This document shows, one piece after another, positions 17,972 through 25,938 of a stretch of 40,000 nt of DNA. The number at the start of each line of letters is the position of its first letter. Position 1 is the stretch's first letter. The notes beneath the pieces were generated by a model that saw only the letters and a list, made by a program, of their open reading frames with translations, did no database searches and was not told the DNA's origin. The position numbers were made by a program, and so were the translations under genes. Source of the DNA: Phycisphaera sp. (GTDB lineage: Bacteria; Planctomycetota; Phycisphaerae; Phycisphaerales; Phycisphaeraceae); assembly GCA_016125215.1 (NCBI GenBank), contig WGMF01000021.1, positions 10,439 through 50,438 on the forward strand, given 5' to 3'.

Positions 17972-19363
17972 GTGGCCTTGGTGACGGGCAAGCTGGCCGA
18001 GGGCGCGCTGCGGCGAGTGGCGGGTGAGCTTGAACAGGGGGGCACGGTCCAGCCGAGCGTCGTGGTGATGAACATCCAGGTCGCGGCGTTGATGACGGCG
18101 GATTGGCTGTCGCGCAAGCTCACCCGTGAGAGGGTGGAGGGTGTCACAAGGGTGATCCTGCCCGGGTATTGCCGGGGCGATGTGTCGGCACTGTCCGGTC
18201 GAATAGGGGTCGATGTGGAGCTCGGACCCAAAGACCTTTGCGACCTGCCGGTGACGCTGGGCGCGGGCAAGCGCGACATGTCAGGCTACGGGGCGCACGA
18301 CATCGAGATCGTCGCGGAGATCAACGAGGCCTCGCGCCTTGCGATGGATGAACTCGTTGCGCTTGCGGACGGCCTTCGTGAAGACGGCGCAGACGTGATC
18401 GATGTGGGGTGCGACCCGTATGTGAAGGGTTCGCGCCGCCAAGCGTGGAAGGGTGTGGGCGATGTGGTCAAAGCGCTGCGCGACCGGGACCAAAGGGTTT
18501 CGGTCGACACGTTCCACCCCAAAGAGGCAGCCGCGGCGGTGAAGGCGGGTGCGGAGCTGGTGCTGAGTGTGAACTCGCGCAACGTGAGGCAGGCGTGCGA
18601 CTGGGGCGCCGAGGTGGTCGTGGTCCCGGATGACCCAAGAAGCCGAGGCTATCTCTCGAACATCGAAAAGACAATCAACATTCTGAAAAAAAATAACGTT
18701 CCGCATCGCGTCGACCCCGTGGTCGAACCGATCGGTTTTGGTTTTGCTCCATCACTAGGCAGGTACCTGCGTGTCCGCGAAAGGCTGCCCGGCGTGGAGA
18801 TGATGATGGGCCTCGGGAACCTCACCGAACTGACTGCGGCCGACTCGGCAGGGGTCAACATGCTCCTGGTCGGCTTGTGTCAGGAACTGGGTATCCGCAG
18901 CGTCCTCACCACACAGGTCATCAACTGGGCACGGTCGAGCGTCCGTGAGATCGACACCGCACGCAGGCTCGCGTACTACGCCGTCGCGCACGGTGTGTTG
19001 CCCAAGCACCTCGACGACCGCCTTGTGCAACTCCGCTCGCCCCGGCTGCGTCAGTTCGATCAGAAACAACTCGACAAGCTCGCACGCAGCCTCACGGACC
19101 GCAACGTACGCATCTTCGCGGATCATGACACACAGACCATTCACGCGATGCTCAAAGGCATCCACGCCCACGGGGCTGACCCCTATGAGGTCTTCCGCCA
19201 ACTGGGCATCACCGAGGCTTCGCACGCCTTCTACTTGGGTTATGAGATGGCCAAAGCGGCGACCGCGCTGACGCTGGCAAAGAATTACACCCAGGACGAA
19301 CCGCTCGACTGGGGCCTACACACGAAACAGGAAGTGAGTCACCACCCCCGGAAGAAGAAGTAG
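17972..19363 (+). CDS. Dihydropteroate-synthase-related pterin-binding protein (H4MPT biosynthesis type, N-terminal extra domain)
   Basis: GTG start. 'LVTGKLAE' N-domain, then a DHPS-like barrel with 'GADVIDVGCDP' and 'VSVDTFHP'. Sits in H4MPT context. Confidence 0.7.
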   Translation: MALVTGKLAEGALRRVAGELEQGGTVQPSVVVMNIQVAALMTADWLSRKLTRERVEGVTRVILPGYCRGDVSALSGRIGVDVELGPKDLCDLPVTLGAGKRDMSGYGAHDIEIVAEINEASRLAMDELVALADGLREDGADVIDVGCDPYVKGSRRQAWKGVGDVVKALRDRDQRVSVDTFHPKEAAAAVKAGAELVLSVNSRNVRQACDWGAEVVVVPDDPRSRGYLSNIEKTINILKKNNVPHRVDPVVEPIGFGFAPSLGRYLRVRERLPGVEMMMGLGNLTELTAADSAGVNMLLVGLCQELGIRSVLTTQVINWARSSVREIDTARRLAYYAVAHGVLPKHLDDRLVQLRSPRLRQFDQKQLDKLARSLTDRNVRIFADHDTQTIHAMLKGIHAHGADPYEVFRQLGITEASHAFYLGYEMAKAATALTLAKNYTQDEPLDWGLHTKQEVSHHPRKKK

Positions 19364-19400
19364 GGTCGGTCGATCTCCTGAACGGGTCTATCCCTCACGT

Positions 19401-19889
19401 TCACACGCCCCGGCCGCTCAGGTGATCGATGATGGCTTTCATCAATGACCGATTGCCGTCCGGGAAGGGGTAGTGCGCCAGTTCGTGGGGTCGGACCCAG
19501 CGGTGCTCCGCGACCTGGAGGTTAGCTGGCTGGCCGTGAACAAGAGAACAGACAAACGGGTGGAGGCGAACAAGGGCATGGTCGTAGGGGTATTCGGTGG
19601 TCGGCAGGGGGTGGTCGACGACGACGGTGATGTCCAGTTCTTCCTTGATCTCCCGGATGGTGCAGGCCTCGGGGGTCTCGCCGGGCTCGATCTTGCCCCC
19701 GGGAAGCTCCCACAAGCCGCCGAGGACCGTGTGATCGTGCCGACGGGCTATGAGCACCTCCCAGCCCCGCCCTTCCAGCCCCGCCCCAGAGGGCATCTCC
19801 GGGGTTGGCCTGACCACAACCCCGACCGCCACGTCAACCCGATTTAACACAGTGAAGTCCTTGTAGTCAGGGATTGAAAAATATCGCAA
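19401..19889 (-). CDS. NUDIX hydrolase, MutT-like (8-oxo-dGTP diphosphatase type)
   Basis: NUDIX box 'GGLWELPGGKIEPGETPEACTIREIKEELDI' and a C-terminal 'FPDGNRSLM'. The start is uncertain: TTG 19889, or GTG near 19850. Confidence 0.8.
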   Translation of the reverse strand: MRYFSIPDYKDFTVLNRVDVAVGVVVRPTPEMPSGAGLEGRGWEVLIARRHDHTVLGGLWELPGGKIEPGETPEACTIREIKEELDITVVVDHPLPTTEYPYDHALVRLHPFVCSLVHGQPANLQVAEHRWVRPHELAHYPFPDGNRSLMKAIIDHLSGRGV

Positions 19890-20045
19890 AAAAGTTCCGA
19901 CGACCCGGATAATGATACAACTTAATCACAATGAAACACTTAGAAAAACATCCCTTACGGCAAGCCGGCGGGCTCGGAAGATAAAAACGCGCAAAATCAT
20001 ATTATATAATGGTTTATGAAATAATTAAAAATCATACGCGCTGCG

Positions 20046-20075
20046 TTGACATGCCGATCCGCTTACCGATAGGAT
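20046..20075 (+). promoter_or_regulatory. Promoter TTGACA-18 nt-TAGGAT preceded by a ~60-bp A/T-rich UP-like tract
   Basis: A perfect -35 at 20046-20051 and a -10-like TAGGAT at 20070-20075. Positions 19975-20035 are strongly A/T-rich in a ~60% GC genome and contain the palindromic ATTATATAAT at 20001-20010. Confidence 0.5.
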
Positions 20076-20082
20076 AGTGGGT

Positions 20083-20205
20083 GTGGTGGTTGGCTGAGCG
20101 ATCATTCACCATCACGCACGGGATTGAACATCACGTTCTTATCACGGTTTTTGCCGTGGCGCACCTCCGCAGACAGGATCGGAGCCCTGATGCGGAGGTT
20201 TTTTA
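20083..20205 (+). ncRNA. Candidate ~120-nt small RNA (orphan promoter-to-terminator unit), family unknown
   Basis: Bounded by the promoter above and a strong intrinsic terminator. There is no plausible CDS: the only ORF runs through the terminator and antisense into the next gene. Internal hairpins include gtgtggtg..caccatcac and cacgg-ttttt-gccgtg. Confidence 0.45.
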
Positions 20206-20207
20206 TT
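20164..20207 (+). terminator. Intrinsic terminator (+ orientation)
   Basis: Stem cctccgca(20164-20171)/tgcggagg(20191-20198) with an inner cagg/cctg pairing, followed by ttttttatt. There is no U-tract on the opposite strand. Confidence 0.75.
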
Positions 20208-20244
20208 GTCGTGGACCGAGATGTCTTGATACGAGTTCAGGGGG

Positions 20245-20814
20245 TCAGCGATCCCACAGTGTCAATTCGACGCCGTTGCCGACGTTGACGTGCGTGCTCT
20301 TGGCACCGGGAAGCGAGCGCAGGTGCGTGACGAAGCCCGCAAGTTCCTCGGCGTGTGTGCGTGTGTTGTCGGTGACGAGCAGCGCCCGTTGGGCAAGCCT
20401 CGGTGTCAACGCATCGAGGTAGCCCATCGACTGTTCCTTGGTCGCATCGATGAATGCAAAATCGAATGGCTCTTGGGGCTGGAGGTTCTTGAGCAGCTCA
20501 CGCGCGTCGCCGGTGTGGAGCGTAACCGAGTTGAGTAAGCCCGCTTCGGTCAGGTGCGCGGTGGCGTGCTCGGTCTTGCGGGGGTTGATGTCGAGTGTGT
20601 GGACGTGCCCGCCGTGCTCGCTGGCGGCCGCGGTCAGGTGGAGCGTCGAGTAGCCGTAGCTCGTGCCGATCTCGCAGAGCGATTTGAAGCGCCCGATGCG
20701 GACGAGCTGTGCGAGGAAGAGCGCCTCTTCTTTTGGCACCTGCCAGTGGTCGTTCACCTGCGTGCGAAGCGCGTCGACCTTGTCCATGACCAGTTGAATC
20801 TTGTGCTCAAACAT
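20245..20814 (-). CDS. Class I SAM-dependent O-methyltransferase (family 3, caffeoyl-CoA OMT-like)
   Basis: 'EIGTSYGYSTLHL', 'HTLDINP' and 'FDFAFIDATKEQ' motifs. ATG 20814 (MFEHK...) is preferred over the listed TTG 20835. Confidence 0.8.
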   Translation of the reverse strand: MFEHKIQLVMDKVDALRTQVNDHWQVPKEEALFLAQLVRIGRFKSLCEIGTSYGYSTLHLTAAASEHGGHVHTLDINPRKTEHATAHLTEAGLLNSVTLHTGDARELLKNLQPQEPFDFAFIDATKEQSMGYLDALTPRLAQRALLVTDNTRTHAEELAGFVTHLRSLPGAKSTHVNVGNGVELTLWDR

Positions 20815-21002
20815 GCTTGAAGTGTAGCGTCGCAAGTCGACGATGCAATAAGAATAGACGGGATAACAGGATTGGTTGGATCAACATGAACAGAATCATT
20901 CAATGCGAGCAATGTTAATCCGCCAAGACAGCAAGTCGCCATGAAAGCGATTTTGAAAATCTCAGACATTTCAGGCCTTGGCGTTCTTGGCGGTTCAATC
21001 CC

Positions 21003-22307
21003 TCACGGGAAGATACCCCGTAGTTGGTACACCCTGCCGATCTGTTCGAGGGCCGCGATGTAGGCCGCGTGGCTCAGGTCGGTGCCGTAGCGGTGGGCTG
21101 CGAGTTTGACGCGCTGGGCCGCGGCCGACATGTGGGCACGCAGGTCGTGGTCCACGCGTTCGAGGCTCCACGATTCAGCCTGGCGGTTCTGTTTCCACTC
21201 GAAATAACTCACCGTCACGCCGCCGGCGTTGCAGAGGATCGCAGGAAGAACCGTCACGCCGTGCTCGCGCAGGTGACGCTGTGCGGGCGGGGTGGTGGGC
21301 GCGTTGGCCGCCTCGACCAGGGCCTTGCAGTCGATCATCCTGGCCTTATCGAGCGTGACCATCTGTTCGAGGGCCGCGGGGATGAACAGGTCCACCTTCT
21401 CGGAATAGAACTGCTCTTCGGTGATCGCCTCGGCCATCCCGAAGCCCGCCACGCCGCCGGCTTTCTCGACGTGAAGCCCCAGCGCCACCGTGTCGATGCC
21501 GCGCTCGTTGCGGATCGCGCCGGTGTGGTCCATCACGCAGCGCAGCTTGGCGCCGCGCATAGCCAAAAGCCTGCCCGTCCACGACCCGACATTCCCGAAC
21601 CCTATCAGACTGTAAGTCGTCTGCTCGAACTTGAGCCCGAGCTCGGGGATCATCTGGTCGAGCACGTAGACCAGCCCCTGACCCGTGGCCTTGTCGCGGC
21701 CGGCCGACCCGCCGAACTCCATCGGCTTGCCCGTCACCACACTCTGGGCACGGTGGCGATGCTCGATGTCGACCATGTTCATGTAGGTGTCTGCCATCCA
21801 CGCCATGACCTGCGCGTTCGTCCCCACGTCCGGCGCGGGGATGTCGTGGTCCGGGCTGATGTTGCCCGCCAGTGCGCTGGTGAAACGCCGGGTCATCCTC
21901 ATCAGCTCATCCCGCGACAACTTCCGGGGGTCGGCCTGAACACCGCCCTTGGCCCCGCCCATCGGCAGGCGCACCAGCGAGCACTTCATCGTCATCAGCA
22001 CCGCCAGGCTCTTGACGTGGTCGAGGCTCACGTCCGGGTGGTAACGCATGCCGCCCTTGTAAGGCCCGAGGATGTTGTTGTGTTGCACCCGATAGCCCTT
22101 GAACAGTTGAAAATGCCCGTGGTCCATCCGCACGGGAAAATGGACCATGATCTCCGTCTTGGGCTGCGCGAGGATCAGTTGCAGGTGGTGGGGCAGCTCC
22201 AGCGTCTCGGCCGCGTCGAGCACCGCGTGGATCGTCTGCTGGTAAAGGTTGCTCGGATCGTAACGGAATCCCAGTTCCTTGAGGACAACGTGCTGGGTGC
22301 GTGTCAT
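21003..22307 (-). CDS. gdhA: Glutamate dehydrogenase (Glu/Leu/Phe/Val dehydrogenase family)
   Basis: 'FKGYRVQHNNILGPYKGGMRYHPDVSLDHVKSLAVLMTMKCSLVRLPMGGAKGGV' contains the GDH catalytic Lys motif. The 'GFGNVG' Rossmann is present. ATG 22307 (MTRTQ...) is preferred. Confidence 0.9.
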   Translation of the reverse strand: MTRTQHVVLKELGFRYDPSNLYQQTIHAVLDAAETLELPHHLQLILAQPKTEIMVHFPVRMDHGHFQLFKGYRVQHNNILGPYKGGMRYHPDVSLDHVKSLAVLMTMKCSLVRLPMGGAKGGVQADPRKLSRDELMRMTRRFTSALAGNISPDHDIPAPDVGTNAQVMAWMADTYMNMVDIEHRHRAQSVVTGKPMEFGGSAGRDKATGQGLVYVLDQMIPELGLKFEQTTYSLIGFGNVGSWTGRLLAMRGAKLRCVMDHTGAIRNERGIDTVALGLHVEKAGGVAGFGMAEAITEEQFYSEKVDLFIPAALEQMVTLDKARMIDCKALVEAANAPTTPPAQRHLREHGVTVLPAILCNAGGVTVSYFEWKQNRQAESWSLERVDHDLRAHMSAAAQRVKLAAHRYGTDLSHAAYIAALEQIGRVYQLRGIFP

Positions 22308-22472
22308 AAGCCAAACCCTGTGCGATGGTATGCGGGACCGGGGGCATGAATAAGCCGCTCCGGACAATCATCGACCGACTTGACCACGGTGTATGAGCAA
22401 AAGCGTGCAGTAAGCCCAGATCAAGCGGGATTCTTTTTGTCAGGCCCGAGCAGGGCGACTAAACTTGCTCCT

Positions 22473-23216
22473 ATGAAAATCGCTTTTTTCGTGACCTGCC
22501 TCACCGACACCTTCTACCCGCGCACCGGCATCGCGGCGGTCAAAGTCCTCGAACACCTCGGGCACGAGGTCGAGTTCCCTGCGCTGCAGACCTGTTGCGG
22601 GCAGCCCATGTGGAACAACGGCTTTGCCGACGAGAGCCGGGAACTGGCCAAACGCATGATCCGCGTCTTCGAGCCGTTCGATTGTGTCGTCACGCCCTCG
22701 GGCTCGTGTGCCGCCATGGTCCGCGATTACTACCCCGAGATGTTCCATCACGACCACGCCTGGGAACACGACGCCCAAAAACTGGCAGGTAAAACCTACG
22801 AGTTCGTCGAGTTCCTCGTGAAAATCCTGAAGGTCGACTTCAAAGCACTCGGTGTTCGTTGGCCAGGCAAGACGACATACCACTACTCCTGCCACCTGCG
22901 AGGCATCGGCGTCACCACCGAGGCCTCCGACACGCTCAGGCAGATCGACGGCCTGGAGTACGTCCCCCTCGAGAAAGCCGACCAGTGCTGCGGCTTCGGC
23001 GGGACCTTTGCCATCAACTACCCCGAAGTCTCCGGCTCGATGGTCCGCGACAAGGTCAACTGCATCAAAGCCACCGGTGCCCCGACCGTCGTGAGCAACG
23101 ACGCCGGCTGCACCATGAACCTCGCCGGCGCCTGCCGACGTGAGGGCGCCCACGTCGAGTTCAAAAGCCTCGCCGAAATCCTCGCGGAGGGATTGGGATT
23201 GATGGAGAATACCTGA
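22473..23216 (+). CDS. lutA: L-lactate utilization protein LutA ((Fe-S)-binding CCG-domain oxidoreductase)
   Basis: 'MKIAFFVTCLTDTFYP..CCGQP' and a second 'CCGFGG' CCG motif. ATG at 22473. Confidence 0.85.
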   Translation: MKIAFFVTCLTDTFYPRTGIAAVKVLEHLGHEVEFPALQTCCGQPMWNNGFADESRELAKRMIRVFEPFDCVVTPSGSCAAMVRDYYPEMFHHDHAWEHDAQKLAGKTYEFVEFLVKILKVDFKALGVRWPGKTTYHYSCHLRGIGVTTEASDTLRQIDGLEYVPLEKADQCCGFGGTFAINYPEVSGSMVRDKVNCIKATGAPTVVSNDAGCTMNLAGACRREGAHVEFKSLAEILAEGLGLMENT

Positions 23217-23237
23217 CATTCAGATGCCAATCAGTTT

Positions 23238-23742
23238 CTCGCGAAGACCGCGAAGGACGCGAAGATGAGTCCAAATGAGATTGAAGAGATTGGTGCTCAG
23301 GTTGTGGATTCGGCCTACAAAGTCCACCGTATACTTGGGCCGGGGCTATTGGAATCAGTTTACGAAGCCGCGATGGCCGTTGAACTCGGAAGGCGAAGTC
23401 TCCATGTGGAAAGGCAGAAGCCGATCAATGTCACCTACTAGGGCATTGACCTGGGATTGGGCTACCGGCTTGACTTGTTCGTCTGTGGTTGTGTGATCGT
23501 CGAATTGAAATCGGTCGAAAAGATGAACGACCTTTTCAAGAAACAAACATTAACCTACCTTCGCCTAACAGGAACACCGTTAGGCTTCTTGATCACTTTC
23601 AATACAGACCTGATAAAAAACGGTATTACACGGATCGTCAACAAACTCTCATCCTCAAAATACGATTCGGAACAATCCAACAGTATCTCTAACATTCCAG
23701 CAAACACCCTCTCCACTTCGCGCTCTTCGCGAGCTTCGCGAG
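23238..23742. mobile_element. Low-GC cassette bounded by 27-nt inverted repeats (3 x CGCGAAGNN) carrying the GxxExxY gene, inserted in the lutA-lutB spacer
   Basis: Left arm ctcgcgaagaccgcgaaggacgcgaag lies at 23238-23264. The reverse complement of 23716-23742 is ctcgcgaagctcgcgaagagcgcgaag, 23/27 identical. The interior is visibly more A/T-rich than the flanks. No transposase is present. Confidence 0.55.
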
Positions 23743-23753
23743 ACCCACTCTGA
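23265..23753 (+). pseudogene. GxxExxY-family protein (PD-(D/E)XK nuclease fold) interrupted by an in-frame TAG
   Basis: 'MSPNEIEEIGAQVVDSAYKVHRILGPGLLESVYEAAMAVELGRRSLHVERQKPINVTY*GIDLGLGYRLDLFVCGCVIVELKSVEKM..QTLTYLRLTG..LGFLITFN' has the GxxExxY and D..(V)ELK motifs. The TAG at 23439-23441 is in frame with both halves. Confidence 0.75.
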
Positions 23754-23755
23754 CC

Positions 23756-25258
23756 ATGCCCAAACCCACCGGCCACGACATCCTCTTCCCCTCCCTGCCT
23801 TACGACCTGCACGGGCGCGCCCAGGCCGCCACGCACGACGAGCAGCTCCAGCGGTTTGTCAATCACGCGACGCTCTCCAAGGACCAGTCGCGCAAGAAAG
23901 TCACGCTCGAGATCTACGGACGCGACCACCTCGACGACGCCCGCACTCTGGCCGGCCAGATCAAGCAGCACACCCTCGACCACCTCGACCACTACCTCGA
24001 AACCTTCGTGGACAACGCCACCCGCGCCGGGGCCAAGGTCCATTTTGCCCGCAACGGCGAACAGGCCAACGCGATCGCGGTCGCCATTGCCAAGCGCATC
24101 AACGCCCGACTCTGCGTCAAGAGCAAGAGCATGGTCACCGAGGAAACGCTGCTCCTGCCCGCGCTCGAAGCCATCGGCTGCGAGACCGTCGAGACCGACC
24201 TGGGTGAATACATCCTCCAGCTCGACCACGACGCGCCGTCGCACATCGTGACGCCCATGATCCATAAGGACCGCACCGCCGTCGCAAGGGCGTTTCAACG
24301 CGAACTGGGCGCAAAATACACCGAAGACCCCAAGGAACTGACCAAGATCGCCCGTGAAGTGCTCCGCCAGAAATACCGCAAGGCCGACCTGGGCATCAGC
24401 GGCGGCAACTTCCTCGTGGCCAGCACCGGCTCGGTCGTCATCTGCACCAACGAGGGCAACGGACGCCTCTGCACCAGCGCCCCGCGCGTCCACATCGCCT
24501 TCGTCGGCATCGAAAAACTCGTCCCCTCGCTCGAACACCTCACCGTCCTGCTCAAGATGCTCGCACGCAGCTCGACCGGGCAACCGCTGACCGTCTATAC
24601 GCACACGATGACCGGCCCCAGGAAAGCTTCCGGGGGAGAACACGACGGCCCGGAGGAGATGCACATCGTCCTCGTCGACAACGGACGCACCGAGGTGCTG
24701 CGCGAAGAGACGCGCGAGATGCTGCGCTGCATCCGCTGCGGCGCGTGCCTCAACGCCTGCCCCGTCTACCGCAAGATCGGCGGACATTCGTATGGAACCG
24801 TCTACTCCGGCCCGATCGGTGCGATCCTCTCGCCCATGTTCAAGGGCCTGGCTAACTACCCCGACCTGCCCAACGCCAGCTCCCTCTGCGGTGCGTGCTA
24901 CGAGGCCTGCCCGGTCAAGATCAACATCCCCAAGTACCTCATCCACCTGCGCGGCGAGATGGTCAGCCGAAAGATTACCAAGTGGTCAGACCGACTGCTC
25001 TACCGCCTGTGGGCCAAGTCCCTGACCAATGTCCTGACCTACCGACTTGGCGGCTGGGCACAGAAGGTCATGTTCCGCAGGCGTGCAAAGATGTTCGACA
25101 ACACCCTGCCCGAGGGCGGCAACCCCTACACCAACCGCGGCTGGGTCGGCCATTTACCGGGCAAAGTCGGCGGCTGGACCAGCGAACGCGACATGCCCAC
25201 GCCACCGGAAAAAAGCTTCCGCCAGTGGTGGGCGAAGCACTCAAGCGGTAAGCCGTAA
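23756..25258 (+). CDS. lutB: L-lactate utilization iron-sulfur protein LutB (LldF/YkgF family)
   Basis: LUD domain plus 'CIRCGACLNACPVYRKIGGHSYGTVYSGPIGAILSP' and 'CGACYEACPVKI' ferredoxin motifs. ATG at 23756. Confidence 0.9.
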   Translation: MPKPTGHDILFPSLPYDLHGRAQAATHDEQLQRFVNHATLSKDQSRKKVTLEIYGRDHLDDARTLAGQIKQHTLDHLDHYLETFVDNATRAGAKVHFARNGEQANAIAVAIAKRINARLCVKSKSMVTEETLLLPALEAIGCETVETDLGEYILQLDHDAPSHIVTPMIHKDRTAVARAFQRELGAKYTEDPKELTKIAREVLRQKYRKADLGISGGNFLVASTGSVVICTNEGNGRLCTSAPRVHIAFVGIEKLVPSLEHLTVLLKMLARSSTGQPLTVYTHTMTGPRKASGGEHDGPEEMHIVLVDNGRTEVLREETREMLRCIRCGACLNACPVYRKIGGHSYGTVYSGPIGAILSPMFKGLANYPDLPNASSLCGACYEACPVKINIPKYLIHLRGEMVSRKITKWSDRLLYRLWAKSLTNVLTYRLGGWAQKVMFRRRAKMFDNTLPEGGNPYTNRGWVGHLPGKVGGWTSERDMPTPPEKSFRQWWAKHSSGKP

Positions 25259-25312
25259 TTGTTTTGGATGCCATGGTCGAATGGCCAATGAACACATCCC
25301 AATGACCAACGT
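25220..25312 (+). repeat. Direct repeat copy A (includes the last ~13 codons of lutB plus an AATGACCAATGAAC-type element)
   Basis: Aligns by eye with 25939-26031 at roughly three quarters identity with one 2-nt indel: cgccagtggtgggcgaagcactcaagcggtaagccg... versus cgccagaaatgggtgaaatactcaagtggcaaaccg... Confidence 0.7.
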
Positions 25313-25350
25313 TGGGTTCACCCCATTGGGCATTTAATCATGGTCATTGG

Positions 25351-25653
25351 TCATTTTCTCTTGGATCCGTGAACGAAGCCCAGCATGGTCTCGGTTTTCC
25401 CATCTTTGTTCACCGTGTAGGTGAGAAGGTAGTGTCCGAAGTTGGCCTTGCGGGTCTCGCGTTTCACAGCTTGTGTGAGTACCCGATCGACGGGATAACG
25501 CTCCAACCATTCGCTCAGGCTGTCCACCAACATGAATAATTAGCCGTACCAGCGATCGATGGTTTGCTGGGATACACCCTCACTACGAAGAAAGGCGAGG
25601 TGGTCGTCCAGGTTGGTGGTGAACTCATCGGTGAACAGGACGCGATAGCTCAT
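25351..25653 (-). pseudogene. RelE/ParE-family toxin with an in-frame TAA
   Basis: ATG 25653 overlaps the antitoxin stop (ATGA). The product reads 'MSYRVLFTDEFTTNLDDHLAFLRSEGVSQQTIDRWYG*LFMLVDSLSEWLERYP..GHYLLTYTVNKDGKTETMLGFVHGSKR'. The TAA at 25540-25542 is in the same frame as both halves. The C-terminal 'Y.L.Y.V....v.......HG.R' pattern is ParE/RelE-like. Confidence 0.65.
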
Positions 25654-25898
25654 CCGGGTGGCACCAGACTGTGCTTTTTCGCCAACTCATTCATCGCTTC
25701 ATGAGCGTCACGCACCTTACCGGCTTTAGCATCCGCCAAGCCTCGCTGGGTGCGCACGAGTAGTTCTGCGTGGACGTCGGGGTCGTCTTCGAGATCGAGC
25801 TGGTCGCTGACCACCTGCGCGACATAGGCTGCCACGTCGCCGTCCACGTGCTTACGCACACGGGCATCCAGATCATCGGGGACTTCCCATTTCGCCAT
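25650..25898 (-). CDS. Putative antitoxin (ParD/RHH-like) of the adjacent toxin
   Basis: 82 aa, acidic, ending in a 'GLADAKAGKVRDAHEAMNEL' type C-terminus. It is upstream of and 4-nt-overlapping the toxin. ATG 25898 is preferred over the listed TTG 25913. Confidence 0.6.
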   Translation of the reverse strand: MAKWEVPDDLDARVRKHVDGDVAAYVAQVVSDQLDLEDDPDVHAELLVRTQRGLADAKAGKVRDAHEAMNELAKKHSLVPPG

Positions 25899-25927
25899 GG
25901 ATGATGCACTCAAAAGCTGCCCGTCGT

Positions 25928-25933
25928 ATTATA
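25928..25933 (-). promoter_or_regulatory. Perfect TATAAT -10 box about 30 nt upstream of the antitoxin ATG
   Basis: The + strand reads attata at 25928-25933, which is TATAAT on the - strand. The -35 is only weak (TTTCAC at 17-nt spacing). Confidence 0.35.
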
Positions 25934-25938
25934 TCCAT

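Noticed and set aside
20081-20422. 113-aa ORF starting at the candidate sRNA
   Set aside because: It reads straight through a strong intrinsic terminator and then antisense into the O-methyltransferase. It has no SD and no motifs.
23439-23441. Reading the in-frame TAG (GxxExxY) and TAA (toxin, 25540-25542) as programmed recoding or an alternative genetic code
   Set aside because: TAG and TAA terminate many well-supported genes in the window at the expected positions. Two different stop codons are involved, and both genes are in inserted, decaying cassettes. Simple nonsense mutations, or sequencing errors, are more parsimonious.
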